Made by a program: the position numbers and the translations under genes. The notes below the pieces were generated by a model that saw only the letters and a list, made by a program, of their open reading frames with translations, did no database searches and was not told where the DNA came from. Below, piece after piece: positions 39,801-53,814 of a stretch of 64,000 bases of DNA. The DNA comes from Azolla caroliniana (lineage: Eukaryota > Plantae > Polypodiophyta): NCBI GenBank assembly GCA_043228905.1, contig JBHGNT010000001.1, positions 3,410,001 to 3,474,000 on the forward strand. The letters run 5' to 3'. Position 1 is the stretch's first letter; each line of letters begins with the position of its first letter.

Positions 39801-41809
39801 GAGCGCAAACAATATAGGAGACCATCCTTGAAAAGATTAATGCAACTCAATTCACCAGAGTGGCCTTATGGCTTGATGGGCATGTTGGGTGCGATAACTG
39901 CTGGTGGATCAATGCCTCTCTTTGTGCTTGGAATCACAGAGGGCTTGATTGCATTTTACTCTCTTGTTCCAGGGTACTTACCTCAGGAGATAAGGAAGCT
40001 TAGCATATTATTTCTGTGTGCTGGGATTGCCACTCTTCTGTTCTTTGTAACAGAACACTATTTCTTTGGTGTCATGGGGGAGAATGTAACACTCCGAGTG
40101 AGGCGTTTGATGTTCACAGGTTAATAATCTCACTTATCCTGTGCTATTATATTCTCTTTATGTGTTGTGTTAAGGGGCTTATGGTGATGTTTTGTTTAGC
40201 AATCCTTCGATATGAGGTTGGTTGGTTCGAGGACGAGAAAAACAGTAGCAGCCTTGTTGCATCTCGTCTAGCTTCTGATGCATTGATGGTCAAAGCTGCA
40301 GCAGGAGACCTTCTCTGCACACTTGCTCACAACTTTTCACTGATAACTACGGCATTTGTCATTGCATTCATGCTCCAATGGAGAATCGCCCTTGTTATGA
40401 TATCTACATTTCCTTTGATAGTGTCATCTGCGGTTGCTCAGGTAGATATCTTCCCAGAAGATCCATAAGCATGAGTTCATATGTATGTATATATATGCAT
40501 GCATTATAATTTTATAACAAAACTGTCTGGTTTGCAGCGTCAATTTCTCAGAGGATTCGGTGGGGATGTTTGCAAGTCATATCTCAGAGCCAATACGGTG
40601 GCTGGGGAAGCCGTTGGTAACATTCGCACAGTTGCGGCATTCTGTGCCGAGGAGAAGATTTTGCAGCTTTTCTGCAAGGAGTTGCAGCTTCCAGCTCGGG
40701 ATTCTTTTTACAGGGGCCAGATTGCAGGGATTGCATTTGGTGTCTCGCAATGCTGTATGTTCTGTTCCTATGCATTAACCTTATGGTATGGATCCTACTT
40801 GATCAAGTCTGGATATACATCTTTTGGCCCAATGGTGAAGACCTTCACGGTGCTGCTTGTGACTGCTCTGGGCATTGCCGAGACGTTATTACTGGCTCCA
40901 GATATCATTGCAGGTGTGCAATCAGTAGGGTCAGTTTTTGAAGTCCTTGATAGGAAGACAGAGATAGACCCTGATGATCCAAAAGCTGAAGATGTGTCCG
41001 AGATCAAAGGATCTATTGAGCTAAAACGAGTCAAGTTTTGGTATCCCTCAAGGCCAGAAGTCACTATTTTTGAGAACTTGAACTTAAGGGTAGGAGGCGG
41101 CAAGAGCCTCGCATTGGTGGGCATGAGTGGGTCTGGTAAAAGCTCAATCATATCACTCATAGCTAGGTTTTATGATCCTGTTTCAGGAAGTGTAAGGATA
41201 GATGGTCGAGACATTCGGCAGATGAGGCTGCGATCCTTAAGGCGGCACATTGCGTTGGTTCAACAAGAGCCCTCATTATTTTCTACTTCAGTGTATGAGA
41301 ATATTCTCTATGGTAGAGATGGTGCGACAGAGGCAGAGGTAATAGAAGCCGCAAAAGCTGCTAATGCTGATAGTTTTATCTCAGCTCTTCCGGATGGATA
41401 TGCAACTGATGTGGGAGAGAGAGGGGTGCAACTCTCAGGGGGACAAAAGCAAAGAGTGGCTATAGCTAGGGCAGTGCTAAAGAATCCAGCTATTCTGTTG
41501 CTGGATGAGGCAACTAGTGCTCTAGATGCAGAGTCTGAAAGGGCAGTTCAAGATGCATTGGATAGTCTAATGAAGTCTAGGACCACTATAGTGGTTGCTC
41601 ATAGACTCTCGACTATACAACATGTGGATCAAATTGCTGTTCTTGATGATGGAAAGATTGTTGAACAAGGTAGTCATAATGATCTCATAAGGAATGGCGG
41701 TCACTACTTGCGCCTCATCCGCCTTCAACAACAACTTCAACATCGACCTTCAGCAGACATGCAACAGGAATTCCTACAAGATTTCCTTCATAGGCAAGCT
41801 CCCAGATGA
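36874..41809 (+). CDS. ABCB: Full-size ABC transporter subfamily B (MDR/P-glycoprotein), about 1264 aa, 11 exons
   Basis: Exons 36874-37140, 37244-37298, 37392-37567, 37650-37850, 37941-38200, 38313-38623, 38721-38944, 39189-39559, 39704-40119, 40200-40441 and 40538-41809 total 3795 nt, in frame, all GT-AG. TMD-NBD-TMD-NBD layout with Walker [25 protein letters not shown] twice and [10 protein letters not shown] twice. Confidence 0.97.
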
Positions 41810-44800
41810 TCGTGATTGATATAGGCATATATAAATATATATATAGATTTTTTGATCATATGCAAGAAGCTCAAAATGGAACTCTTCTACATTCTCTATG
41901 TACTGATTTATTAGCATTCAGAGGATGGTCTTGTAAAGAGCTATATAACAGAAGACATAGTATATAATGTTTTGCCTTTGCTGGGCATATGATTGATTCA
42001 TTAGGCAAATTGGCTGCCAAATGCCATGCATGGTTCAGGGCTTAGGTACAGCATGTGTTGACAAACCTAAACTCCTTAAACCTACAACCCAACAACCTTA
42101 AAATTATATATGGCCTGTCAGCCAAGGCCCAGATTTCATAAGAAAGGATCAAATAATAGTATATGTCATTTTTTTCTTTCACTGCCAGATGGAGCTAAAT
42201 TTCATTTGTCATACATATTCCACTATAGCTAGTCAGTTTTTTTTTTATATTCCATTTGCAAAAGAGCATTCATTCAATGAATGAAATAATAAAAAGAGCA
42301 GAGCTCAGCAAAGACTATCAATTTTGTCTTTTGCATGTACAAGTTAAGAGTTATGTCTCTTATGAAATGGGGTACAAGTTACAGTTATGGGTGAATGAGT
42401 TTTGCCTTCAGTAAAAAAACAAAGATATGTTTCCTTTATAGTAAGGTTTTTTGCTTGGGAATCCAATCCCTTTCATGGGTTTTCTTCCTATTAACTTTTC
42501 CACCTTTTTTACATTTATATTATGAAAAAGCTGGACGACCCAATGTCTAATCAAAAGGTTATCCCACATTCAGTAAAGAAAGAATTGATGGGCCAACACA
42601 CTTCCTTGGCATACATATTATGTGAATATTGTGCCAAAGAGTTCAGATCCTTGAAAAGTGTGTATAGTTTGATCTACTCACTTTATGCGATCTGCTTGTG
42701 CTCCTTTGTGAGTCATGTATAGTAAGGAAGAACTTGTTGGAGTTGTCGACTGAAATCTCATGCATACAATTGGCATGAATAGAGAGGCTGACATGGCTTG
42801 GAGTAAACAAGATGTGTATGGAAAACTGGGTTAACCCATGCTTTGGATAAGAGGGAAGTTTGTCATGAGTTTTCAGCTCTGGCATTTTTAATGTTCTTAA
42901 CAAACAATCAACTAGATCATCACACAAAGGGGACCACTTGAGGAATTTGAATGTTGAATTAGGCCTTGTTATATGATTTAGGTTTAATGTTTCAATGAAT
43001 TTAAGTTGTAATGAGAGCTTTTGACAAGCCAACAATGATATGATCATTTAATGTATATGAGATTGTGACGACTCAACAATACTTGAAATGCAAAATTGAG
43101 TGCTTCATATGTGTAAATGAATGCCATGGCTCTAGTCGTGGTTGAAAGATTTCTTGGTAAGGCAATATCATGGTGGCCAGATTGTGTATTGGTAGCCTCT
43201 CGAATGGCAATGAAGGTTTGACATCGATTCTTGATCGTCTATTCATGGATGAGACATGGTTTCCAGCATTTTTTATTGAGGTGAAGAGATGTATCATTTC
43301 TAACATAATTCAGTAGTTGAATGCACTCTTCTATTTAAAGATTAGTTGATGATAAATGTGCAAGTGAATTATTAGGTAATCATCATGTAAATGTTGTCAT
43401 TTGCGAGTTGCGTGTTCATAAATAACTTATTTTAATGTGTTAGCACATGGGCTGGTCACCATTTCACATGTATAGAGGGAGAAAGAGCACTCAATTGGTA
43501 AGGTTGTTTGGTCGAGAGTTGAGAAATGAAGTGGAGTGTTCAAACTCCTACATATTGGACCATCATCTAGTAAATCATTGAATGGCATATGGAGGTACGA
43601 ATCCCCAATACAAAAAGTGGGAGACACTGATTTCAAAATTTTGATTATTATTTATGTCACTTAACTATCAAACATGCAATGATTGTCACAAGACACATTA
43701 AAACTCAAAGAAGATTAATTATGAATTTCAAAACATATAATTGATGATGCTATACTTCATTAACCCTCAAATGCTGTGCATGTATTATAATATTTTAAAG
43801 ACTCGAAATTACATAGTGTTGTGGTGACATTCCATTCCATTCAACCATTACTTAGAATTTCATATTCTCAGGACGAGAAACCCACACAAATAAATCCAAT
43901 ATTTTAAGTTTCGAAATATTCATCTCATGATGAGCCATACCAAAAAGCACAACTTTCCGATTTCTATGAAATATCAAGGAACACTATTTGTTTCTTGAGA
44001 TAAAAACTCTAAAAGCATTGCAACAATGATTGAACATTCATTCACAACACAACTTCAAAAGAGAAGACACAAGTTTATGTCAAAGCTCATTAGTTATCTA
44101 CCCATCAATTGCATACTCAAATGTAAATACAATTGTAGACAAATAATATATAATTCATTTTTAGAATAAGACCCATCCTATGCTGAGATACTACCAAGGT
44201 AGTTAAGGTCGAAAGACATCTGCACGTGCATGTGCACGGGTGATATTGCCAATGTTTCCATGCAGACATTAATGCTTTCACAAATGTGAAGATGGCAACA
44301 ACTTAATCAACTTTCAATCTCAAACATCAATGATTAAGTCAAGGTATTTGAATAGAATTTCCATTAAATGCATTTTCTTACTAATATTTCAAACAAAGGT
44401 TATTGTTGGATTTTCTATAGTTAATTTATATGCATTCGAACATGTTCAAACATATTTTGTTAAAATATAAAACATGAGAGGAAGGTGTGAGGGACACATC
44501 ACACGATAGTGATCGTCATGGAATCATGGACAAATTTTTCAGCACACTTCACATTTTGAGTGTTGTCAATATTTTTATGATGGACAAACATAAATCACTA
44601 CAGAAATATGGTTGGAGTTATTGTCATGGAAGTAAAACTCCAAAGGAGGAAGCTAATGAATACATATGAAAAAAAGTCCTCAATTTTTTATTTATGCATT
44701 AAATTGACTTGTTTGAGGAAGGATAATTAATATTATCAAAATTGGAGTTCTACCTAATGCATATCAGAAGTTTCTTTCGTCTTGACCACCATTTATATCT

Positions 44801-45729
44801 AGAAGTAACCGAATCACCTAAAATGTTTTAGACCCATACACTATCATGACATAATGAGGTGGTATATGTTGAACACCCCTATATCACAGTATGTAGATTT
44901 CTGTCAATTGACAAACTCTTATTTCTTTCCATGGTGAAGTATCACCATAAGAATGTTCTTTTGTCACAATCCAAGCTTCCCTCTCCATATATGGAGCCCA
45001 TGCCATACTTAAGTCATATCCTTGCAACTAAAACCTATTGCATAACAATATGGAGAGTACAGTGTACGACACATTTTTAGTTGGTGGGTTAGGTCTAATA
45101 TCACTCTATTTCACTGTTAGGATCTTGAGAGTAGTTATGAGACACAGAATATGTGAAAAATATCATAAAGACACAAGTTAGGACATTTAAGACAATGCTG
45201 TGTGACTTTTCCACGCACAATTCTGGGGAATGCAGCCATTCTCTAAAGTCCCAACCTGGTGCCTAATTATGCATAACTACCTCTATAAGGAATGGTTTTG
45301 TCTGATCTCTTAGTGCAGTGAAAACAATGCAACCTTTGGCTTCTCATCTAATGCATTCACCTATTCACTATGGAAAAAGAAAGCCATAAAATGGTAGAAC
45401 ACAGACAAAGAAGCAGAATTTAGAGTTGGTATTCAGAAATATACAGAAGAAAAAATGAAGACACCTATGGAAAAAACAATGTATTACATACTCAAACATC
45501 AACTTTATCACGCATAACTTAGACTTTTAACCATGCAAAAGAAACTGCTGTTAAGAACCTGGAAACATAACAACTGCCCCCTTGTTTCTAAGAAAAACCA
45601 TAAGCATATGTCCAATATTAGTTATATGTTATTTATTAATGCAATTCGTCACTTGTGGGCAAATTCACAAGTAAAGGTGCCCATCTTCCATATCAAAGCC
45701 AGAAACATCAATCTGAATAAATTGATGAT

Positions 45730-48001
45730 CTATGCTAGTAAGTGCATTTGAACTCCTTCAATACAATTTAATGCTTTTTCGTGGTTCAGAAATCCCCTAT
45801 ACCAAAACTCAAGTTTCTCTACTGTAATAATTTGTATATACTTCTCAAAATGATTTTTGTCATTCATTGCAGCATTCACCGTTTTCACTTTGTCGACTGG
45901 AATGACAACCTGCACAGTATACAAAAGCCAAAAGACTGTCAAACTACCACCCTGCCCGATTCCTTTTCTAATGCCTCAATACAATCCTTGTTATCTGATT
46001 GATTTACTTTACTCTCTCTCTCTCTCTCACTATACTAGCCCTACGGCTTGAGTTCAAGTTCCAATCTTCTCACTTCTCTATCCTCTTAATTTACTAGAGG
46101 CCACTGTGAAATGTAGGGGTTGAACCCATGACCTTCTGGTCTGAATTGGATCATCTCTGTGTGTGTGTGTGTGTGTGGCTGTTAGCCATTGACAAGACAC
46201 GTTTTAAGTTTTATTAAGCCATGCATTGGGGCTCTCATATCCTTATTTGCACTAGATGACACAGTAAAATGTAGGCACTGCCGTACTAATAAGCTTTCGG
46301 AGCTTGCAGCTAAAACTATTAGAGTGAAACAAGATGTTGGGACTACATCTTCTTGCTAATTTCGGAGTCCCAAAGAAACTGTTATAGCACCTAAACATAT
46401 TGCATACAGTTTGTCGAGGGAAAGATCAATCAGTAAATCTAGAAGAAAACCAAGGTGATGCTACTTGACACCATACATCAAGATAACATCATTTTATAAA
46501 GAGAAAGTTCCATCCGCAAACCTAGGAAAAACCAAGGTTACTTAACACCATTCAAGCATGGGGAATCTGGGAACCCAACGTTATGATAAACCAATGGCCA
46601 CATCTAGAATGACCATTGGTCACTGCACTGACTTGAATAATCAGCGGTGATCCTCCAGGGTTCCTCATATGAGTTAAAAGTTGAAACTGGCTTATACACA
46701 CAAACGATCATGAAGAACCACACCCCAAAGATAAGATAAGATATTGCCTCAACACATATAAGCACATACCTGATAATAACTCAACATTGTTTGTCCTGGT
46801 GTAGTATTGTATGGTAGAGGTCGATCACTTGCAAAAGCAATTCTCCTTGTTGTTATAAATAGTGTTCCAGCAATAGGGCCTGCTGATGTAGAGAGAAAAC
46901 ATGTGTATGCATTGATAAGCTTTTCATTCGGAAGGGAATCAAATTTCTGGAGAAATATTTGTTCAAATCCTCCTCCCGTTAAGACCTTTGTACCGAGACT
47001 GAGCCTTCCCCACGTTGTGTTTATGATGTTAGGGCCTGTCTTAACTTTAATAAAAAAAAACCACTTATTTCTCTTAGTACAGAAAAATCCAACAGTTTCC
47101 TAATTGCATAAGCATATCCATACCATGTTGCCAGATGCTATTAGCAGTATCCTCAATAATTCTGCTACATTTGGTAAAATATTCTGAAGCAACCACTGTA
47201 GGATCTGTGAAAGACGTGCTATACACTTTAATGGATCAAGTACAAATTAGACATACTGTAGAGTAGCACATATAAAACCATGTAATTACACAGGAATGTA
47301 TAGCTATCACATAGATAATGGTGAATGAAGTAGATTTGGTGCTCTGGAAGAAGGTCCCTCATTTAATAAAATGGCAGTTAAATTGTTCAACTTGCTACTT
47401 AGAAACATTTACAAAAGGGAACAAAAGCTGATAGAAATATACAAATTTCCAACTACATATCTTTCTCTTATTGTGCCATTTTTCTCATATTTTCGTATTA
47501 TTTTATGGATGAAAATAGAACTCAGCCAATTAGTAAGAAGAAACATTTTCCCAAACATTCATGAGGCAGAGTATGCTACTATCCTGACAAAAGAATGAAT
47601 CAATTTCATAAAAACCCATGGAAGTCAAATGTGATGTCATGTCATGTGTAAGCAGAGATTGTATTATCATAGTAATGAAACAAACTCATAAACAACATAA
47701 AGATGAGAAGACAATGTGACATGCAAGAGCACGCATACACATTCAGCGATTCCTTCTGATTCACGTCAAGATACAAGCCACATCATAAGATAGCTGTATC
47801 CATATACACGTATATGGATACAGCTATATGTGCATGAAGGAGGAATGTAGTACCTTTGCCAGAAATTCCCGATGCAGGTTGAGTATAGACATAAGGATGG
47901 TGAGGGTAAGCGGTGAGTACAGAGGTGACTTGCGAAGGTGCTTGACTGAAAGCCCTACCATGCGATTGAGAGGGTGGAACAGGAACTAAACTGCTCGCCA
48001 T
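45730..48001 (-). CDS. GEM-like / FIP1-like GRAM-domain protein, 227 aa, 4 exons
   Basis: Exons 48001-47854, 47204-47124, 47044-46770 and 45909-45730 total 684 nt, in frame. Motifs IWQHVKTGP, GRLSLGTKVLTGGGFEQIF, CFLSTSAGPIAGTLFI, IAFASDRP, YYQVVIP, EKYIQIITV and EFWYRGFLNHEKA. Confidence 0.92.
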
Positions 48002-48112
48002 ATCCTTGCTCTAGTTCTGTGGATGCGTCTGCTGCCGAGTGCTGTGCTCAGTCAGGGTGGACAAAAAACGGAACTTTCGTCGCTGACATCCTTAGTGCCA
48101 TGGCTCCACAGC

Positions 48113-48365
48113 GCGTGCAGAGTATCGATTCCTCGGCTGTGGGGATAAAATGTCGCAAAAAGGAGGAGGAATCCGCAACAGAAGAGAACAATCAATCAAT
48201 CAATCAACCAATGAAATGGATCTAGTACAGACTCATGTTCTTCCATTACAGAACGACCAGAAGGCGGGGGCAGCGTGCAGAGCATCGATTCTCTGCACCG
48301 ATTCCTGGCTGTGGGATACAATCTCATCAACAGGGGAGGAGGAACCCACAACAGAAGAGAACAAT
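48113..48365. repeat. Diverged duplication (about 80-90 bp) in the GEM-like leader/promoter
   Basis: GCGTGCAGAG.ATCGATT...GGCTGTGGG...GGAGGAGGAA.CC.CAACAGAAGAGAACAAT at 48113-48192 and 48273-48365. Confidence 0.8.
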
Positions 48366-48406
48366 AAGGGAATCTAGTATGTATATGTGTATGTATGTAT
48401 GTATTC

Positions 48407-48437
<31 letters not shown>

Positions 48438-50316
48438 TGTGTATGTATGTATGTATGCACACACTCATATTCTTCCATTATAGAATGGCCGATTGGGCTC
48501 TCGGCCTCTCCGCAGTGGCGACACCTTGAACTCGAGTTAACATGCAATCCTCATGTAGAAATGGCCTCTGTCCTCCTCGGACATCGGCTTTGGGTGCCAA
48601 CGCATCAGCCACTAACACACATAGGATTTCGATGTGTCCACATGGGTCCTAGGACACCAACCAATGCACACCCATCGGATGTCACCAGAAGGAAGTGCAT
48701 GTGGACAGTGGCCCTAGCTCAAAGTGTTCATGTCACCCTAACCATGTCATCAACATCCCCAACACGCCTAATCGGCTCACGACCATCTTGATGCATGGAT
48801 TGCCCACATGGTGACACTCCCTATCAAGAATACATTGAACCCCTCACTAGTATGGAATTGTTTGACTTATAGATCATTCACTTTCATATGTTTGGGGAGC
48901 TCAAATAAACTTCCGGGTCATCAATTTGCATAATTGTTCTCATTTTCTTTGAAGTGTTAGAGTTGTAGGCTTGCAAGTGTGTTAAAACTACATTAAGCTC
49001 AAGATTTATTGATGTTCAAATTCTCTACGAGACTCCACTCTAGTTCTAATTTGGTAATTTGATACGGCCACTATTTTCACACAAATTTATGGTTGTCACA
49101 ATTCACTAGAATGCTAGTAAGAAAAATATAGCAAAAACCATGATTAATAATTGCGTTTCTCTCTTGCCCTCTTCTCTTCGTTATTTCTAGTGACACATTC
49201 TTTGCTAAGAGCCAGAAAGATCCATTAACAAATGATATATACCTTTATCATATTGTTTTACTACCATAGAGCTAATTTGCAATCAAGGATTTTATTCTAC
49301 CATGAAATTAATGTATGAAGATCTAGAGAAGGGAGGATGTTTCTTATTAAGATTTGTATGACAACGTATTATGCCTTTTGTTGAGTGATAAAGGCATGTA
49401 AATGTTCAAACTCCTTTCCCCCCCCATATGTTGGCATTATTGGGTGATGTACTAATATCATGATGGATGAAGGAATCTTGCGTTTTCAATCAAATGAAGA
49501 ATACTCATAACCCTATAATCGTAGATAGATATCATACCAATAATACATTATGTAACAATGGTACGTTGATTCCGAATTCAAATCAATGCATGTATTGGTC
49601 CCAAAGGGTTATGCTTTTGTCTCTATAAATATATACTACCATGTTCATATATTTTGGAAGAAACGAAACGGTGTAGATCATGATCGAACATGGACCCCAT
49701 GGTATAAAGCTTTTGAGAAATGGTAAAGTTTGCTTATGATTTATGTACAGAGAGATGTTGCATCTTGTCAGAACGGAAAATTTCAAACTTTCGAAGAATA
49801 TGAAAAGACTAATGACCATTCATGCTTGGTTACTACACTTTTCGTTGAAACCCTTGGCAAAGTTAATGTGCATAGAATATAGGTTTGTATCAATAGAAAG
49901 TATCATGATAACATATGTTACTGTTGTATGAAATAAGAGCTTGATAATGACAGATTATTATATGCTAGCATCTAGATGTATTGTGTGAGGGATTGTATCA
50001 ACAAAAGTTGTTTAGGCAAAACAATAATGTTTCAAATGTGTGGATCACTCGTTAGTTGGTGCACTACACATTCTAATTTTATTTACAAACATGTCATGAA
50101 TGCATATAGATCACTCCACCTTCCAAGAATAATTGAATAATGACAAAACTAACAAATGGAAACAACATTGAAAAATATTAATACCAAATTAATTTTGTGG
50201 AAAAGTAAGATAGTTGGTTGGTATAGAAAGGTTTGAAGTTGGCCAGTTCCATAAATGCCATAAGCCTTTCCCCAAATGAAACCTCACCATAAAAATGGGT
50301 GACATAACAAATAAAC

Positions 50317-50363
<47 letters not shown>

Positions 50364-50852
50364 TAGGGTTAGGCACTTGTTTCTTTTGCACCATTCCATT
50401 AGAGGATAGTCCACATAGGTTCATTAAATCTCCTATAGCATGTACCATTTGAAAGTATTTATCGGCGTTTGGCAAGTTTTAACCAGTTGTTATTTGAGTC
50501 CTCAACAATGGGTTTTTTCTCAGTATATTCAAAATGGTTCAATTGATGAGATGGAGATATTGTTCCAATTTTTACGTTATTGGGAACTACAACACAATTG
50601 GAATATGCATAATATGTTTCATGTTTGATAATAAACATGGGGTGAAAGCCTATATGAAGAAGTTGAAAAGGTATTCTTATGTGGAATTTTCTGGATGTTA
50701 GAGCATGTGGGGATCATTTCCTCAAACGCTTATTCAGGTTTTCTAATGGCATTATAGGATGTTCCTCTTCCTACTTTGGATAGCTAGTTAGAGGAGACTA
50801 AGAAGTGTCATAACTTTGGATTTTACATACAATTAATATAATTATATGCGCT

Positions 50853-51090
50853 TACCAGAGAGAGAGAGAGAACGTACCACTAAAATAATATTTTTAATAA
50901 CGATGAATGATATTGTGAGGATATGATGAAAAAGAAAACAAAGGAAGAGAATAAAAGAAAAGAGACAAAATTGTATACCAGAGAGAGCGAGAGAACGTAC
51001 CACTAAGATAATCTTTTTAATAACGATGAATGATATGATGAAAAAGAAAACAAAGGAAGAGAATAAAAGAAAAGAGACAAATTTGTATAC
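50853..51090. repeat. About 123-bp tandem duplication
   Basis: TACCAGAGAGAG...AGAGACAAA.TTGTATAC starts at 50853 and 50976. The second copy has a small deletion. Confidence 0.9.
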
Positions 51091-53227
51091 TTTTTTGGAA
51101 TTAGCAAGGAGAATTCACATATCTTCCATATGAAGAGCACATAGAACCTTAAATCAGAATACATTATCTATGATGGAGGTAAACATGTTGGTAATGGAAT
51201 CTTGTTAAAATTAATCTTGGGGGTAAGCTACATATGTGATGTATCCCATTATGTGAGTTATGTTCACCTTGGATATTACAATTTGTGGAACAATTGGATA
51301 ATGGGAAATGGTTTCTTGTTTGATGGTCTCCATATACAATGGGTATGTAGTTTGAAGGAAATTTGGTTTGATAATTTTCACAAATACAAAGCTTTGGCGC
51401 CATCTTCTTCTTGGAGGAGGTTGTTTTTATGTCACATAATGTTGAACATTTTAAGAGGGGTTACTTTGTCATTAGATCCTTGTTATTGTTGTTGAGACAA
51501 CAAGGTTTTCTCGTATTGTCATGTTCACACTTTAATTGTATAAAAGACAAGGGGGAGAGAGATTTTTAAAGTCCACAAGAGAGTAATTGTGATCTATTAG
51601 GAGATTAAAAATGTTGTATTGGAAAGATATGTTTAAAAAGAGATGTGGTTGACAGTTAGCATTTGGCGTAATAATAACTCATGAGTATTACAAAGATTTT
51701 ACTAAATAATTAGAACATTGTTTTAAAATTTCTTCGGCCACTATCACACATCAATAATATCACAGAATGCAAAGGGTTTGGTTTATGTTCTCTCCCTCAT
51801 CTTCACACTTATCATGTTTTCTTCCTATGCAATGTGTGCATAATATCAATACCTTGGTAAATGTGGTTTTTCCATTTGGAGAAGCAAGAGTACTCTTTAT
51901 TGAAATTTTCTTTATATAAGAGAAACTAAGCAGTCATGTCAATCGGTGGTGTTATCATGCTTAAACATTATACATAGGCATGCCACTAGTGATGCCATTT
52001 ACTAAGCTATCTTTGTTAGCATTGATTCCATTTCAAATAATTGCAACCACATTCACAAAGCACAAACTTTACCAATACCCTATCATGTACATACATGTAG
52101 TTGAATATGATAACTTCAAAAGCATATATTAGTCCATACGCAATAGTTTTGACATATATGAAAAGTTAATGTTTTCACATTGTACTTTTTTATGCATAAC
52201 CTTGAAAACATTGAATTTACATCACAAAGAAAAAAATGTAACTCCTTGATAGAGCCTTTGTCAAGTCACCCCTGGTTTATGTATCCATTTAGGAAATCCA
52301 ATGAGAATGCACTATATAACTTTAGTGACTTTGTCATAGATAATGATTTGGGAAGACTTCAAAAGTATGATGCATAAGCAAACTCTTAACATACTATTCT
52401 CATTTCTTTAAAGTTGAATGTTCTATGGAAAAGGCGGGGCCAAGAAAATTCATGCCAAGACCGTGGTATGGTGGTAGTAGTTGGCCTCAACTATTTGCTA
52501 ACCTTGTATGCACTATGGAAGCTAGCATGTTCACAACTTTTTTGTTGTTCGTAAACCTTAACTGAAGGGACACATCCTTTGGAACTAGGTCAACATGATA
52601 TGCATGCTCTTTCCTAACCACACCATATTAAACGCACCCTCTCTAACATTCTTATTCATCATGGATGCATTAGCATGACTGTTGTAGGAATTCATTCCCA
52701 ACTTTCACACCTCTTCTGGATCCAATAGTTACACACAAATATACATAGGTACATATTTCCGTCCACATACATACATACACACACCACCATACATAAACAC
52801 ATACAAATACCAATCTATCTATCTACCTACCTACATAAGCACATACATATATGCATACACACATACATATACTCATCACACACATCCGCACACATACATA
52901 CATGTCCAGAAAGGATTGTGTTTGATCATTGTTTGATGACACATCCCCCCCCTTTTTGTTTGATCCTTCAAAGTGTAATGTCGCTCAGTGAATAAAAGCG
53001 CCAATTTATGCGTTTGTATGTGAACCGTGTCTACTTATAGATGTTTAAGTTATTGTGATTCAATGCTATGATATGTTGATGCATTTATGTGTATAAGTGC
53101 ATATATATGTTTCACATAAATGTGTTTCTATAGGTGTAAGTTGTAACTATATGAGTTAATGTACGTGTGCATGTGAATATATACACATACCATAGATACA
53201 TACATACACACATACAAATACAAATAC

Positions 53228-53262
<35 letters not shown>

Positions 53263-53733
53263 CACCACATACGTAGTTCCTCCAATAATGCAACAACCAA
53301 ATATTATTTAACCGGGGATTAAGGCAAGCAAAATCTATCTATTATATGCTAAAAATAGTCTAAACATGTTAAAATGAAAATTTGGAAATCTTTATTAATA
53401 ATAATAAAAATCCAACAATTCAATTATAAAGAGAAGTTACATGTCCACATGTGATGGATAATCCACATGGCTCTTCCCAAAACAAGTGGGGTCTCTCACG
53501 AGCATTTCTAATCAATTATTGCACAGCCATCCCTGCTCTGATATGATCGCTTTTGCCATTTTCTTGAATGTAAAAGAAAGTAGTCACAATTATTGATGAT
53601 CGTTCTTTACTCCATCTTGTCCAGACAAGGTTCAAAATCCTGTTCATTTCAAATGGAAATGTTTTACACGCATGTAATATGGCCAGCTGCATTTAGCACT
53701 TCTTGATTACGCTTATAAATATATACACAAATG

Positions 53734-53814
53734 CACATGGTGTTTCAGGCATTGATTATATATATCATACACACATCATTAGATGTATATTATCAATGCT
53801 TGAAATACCATGTG
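53734..53814. ncRNA. Pre-miRNA-like hairpin (candidate)
   Basis: 33-bp stem (on +: 29 Watson-Crick, 3 G:U, 1 mismatch) and a 15-nt loop. It matches no conserved miRNA family I recognise. Confidence 0.35.

Noticed and set aside
46095-46150. B-box-like GGTTCAACCC on - in a GEM-like intron
   Set aside because: No cloverleaf or clear A-box. At most a SINE relic, not a tRNA.
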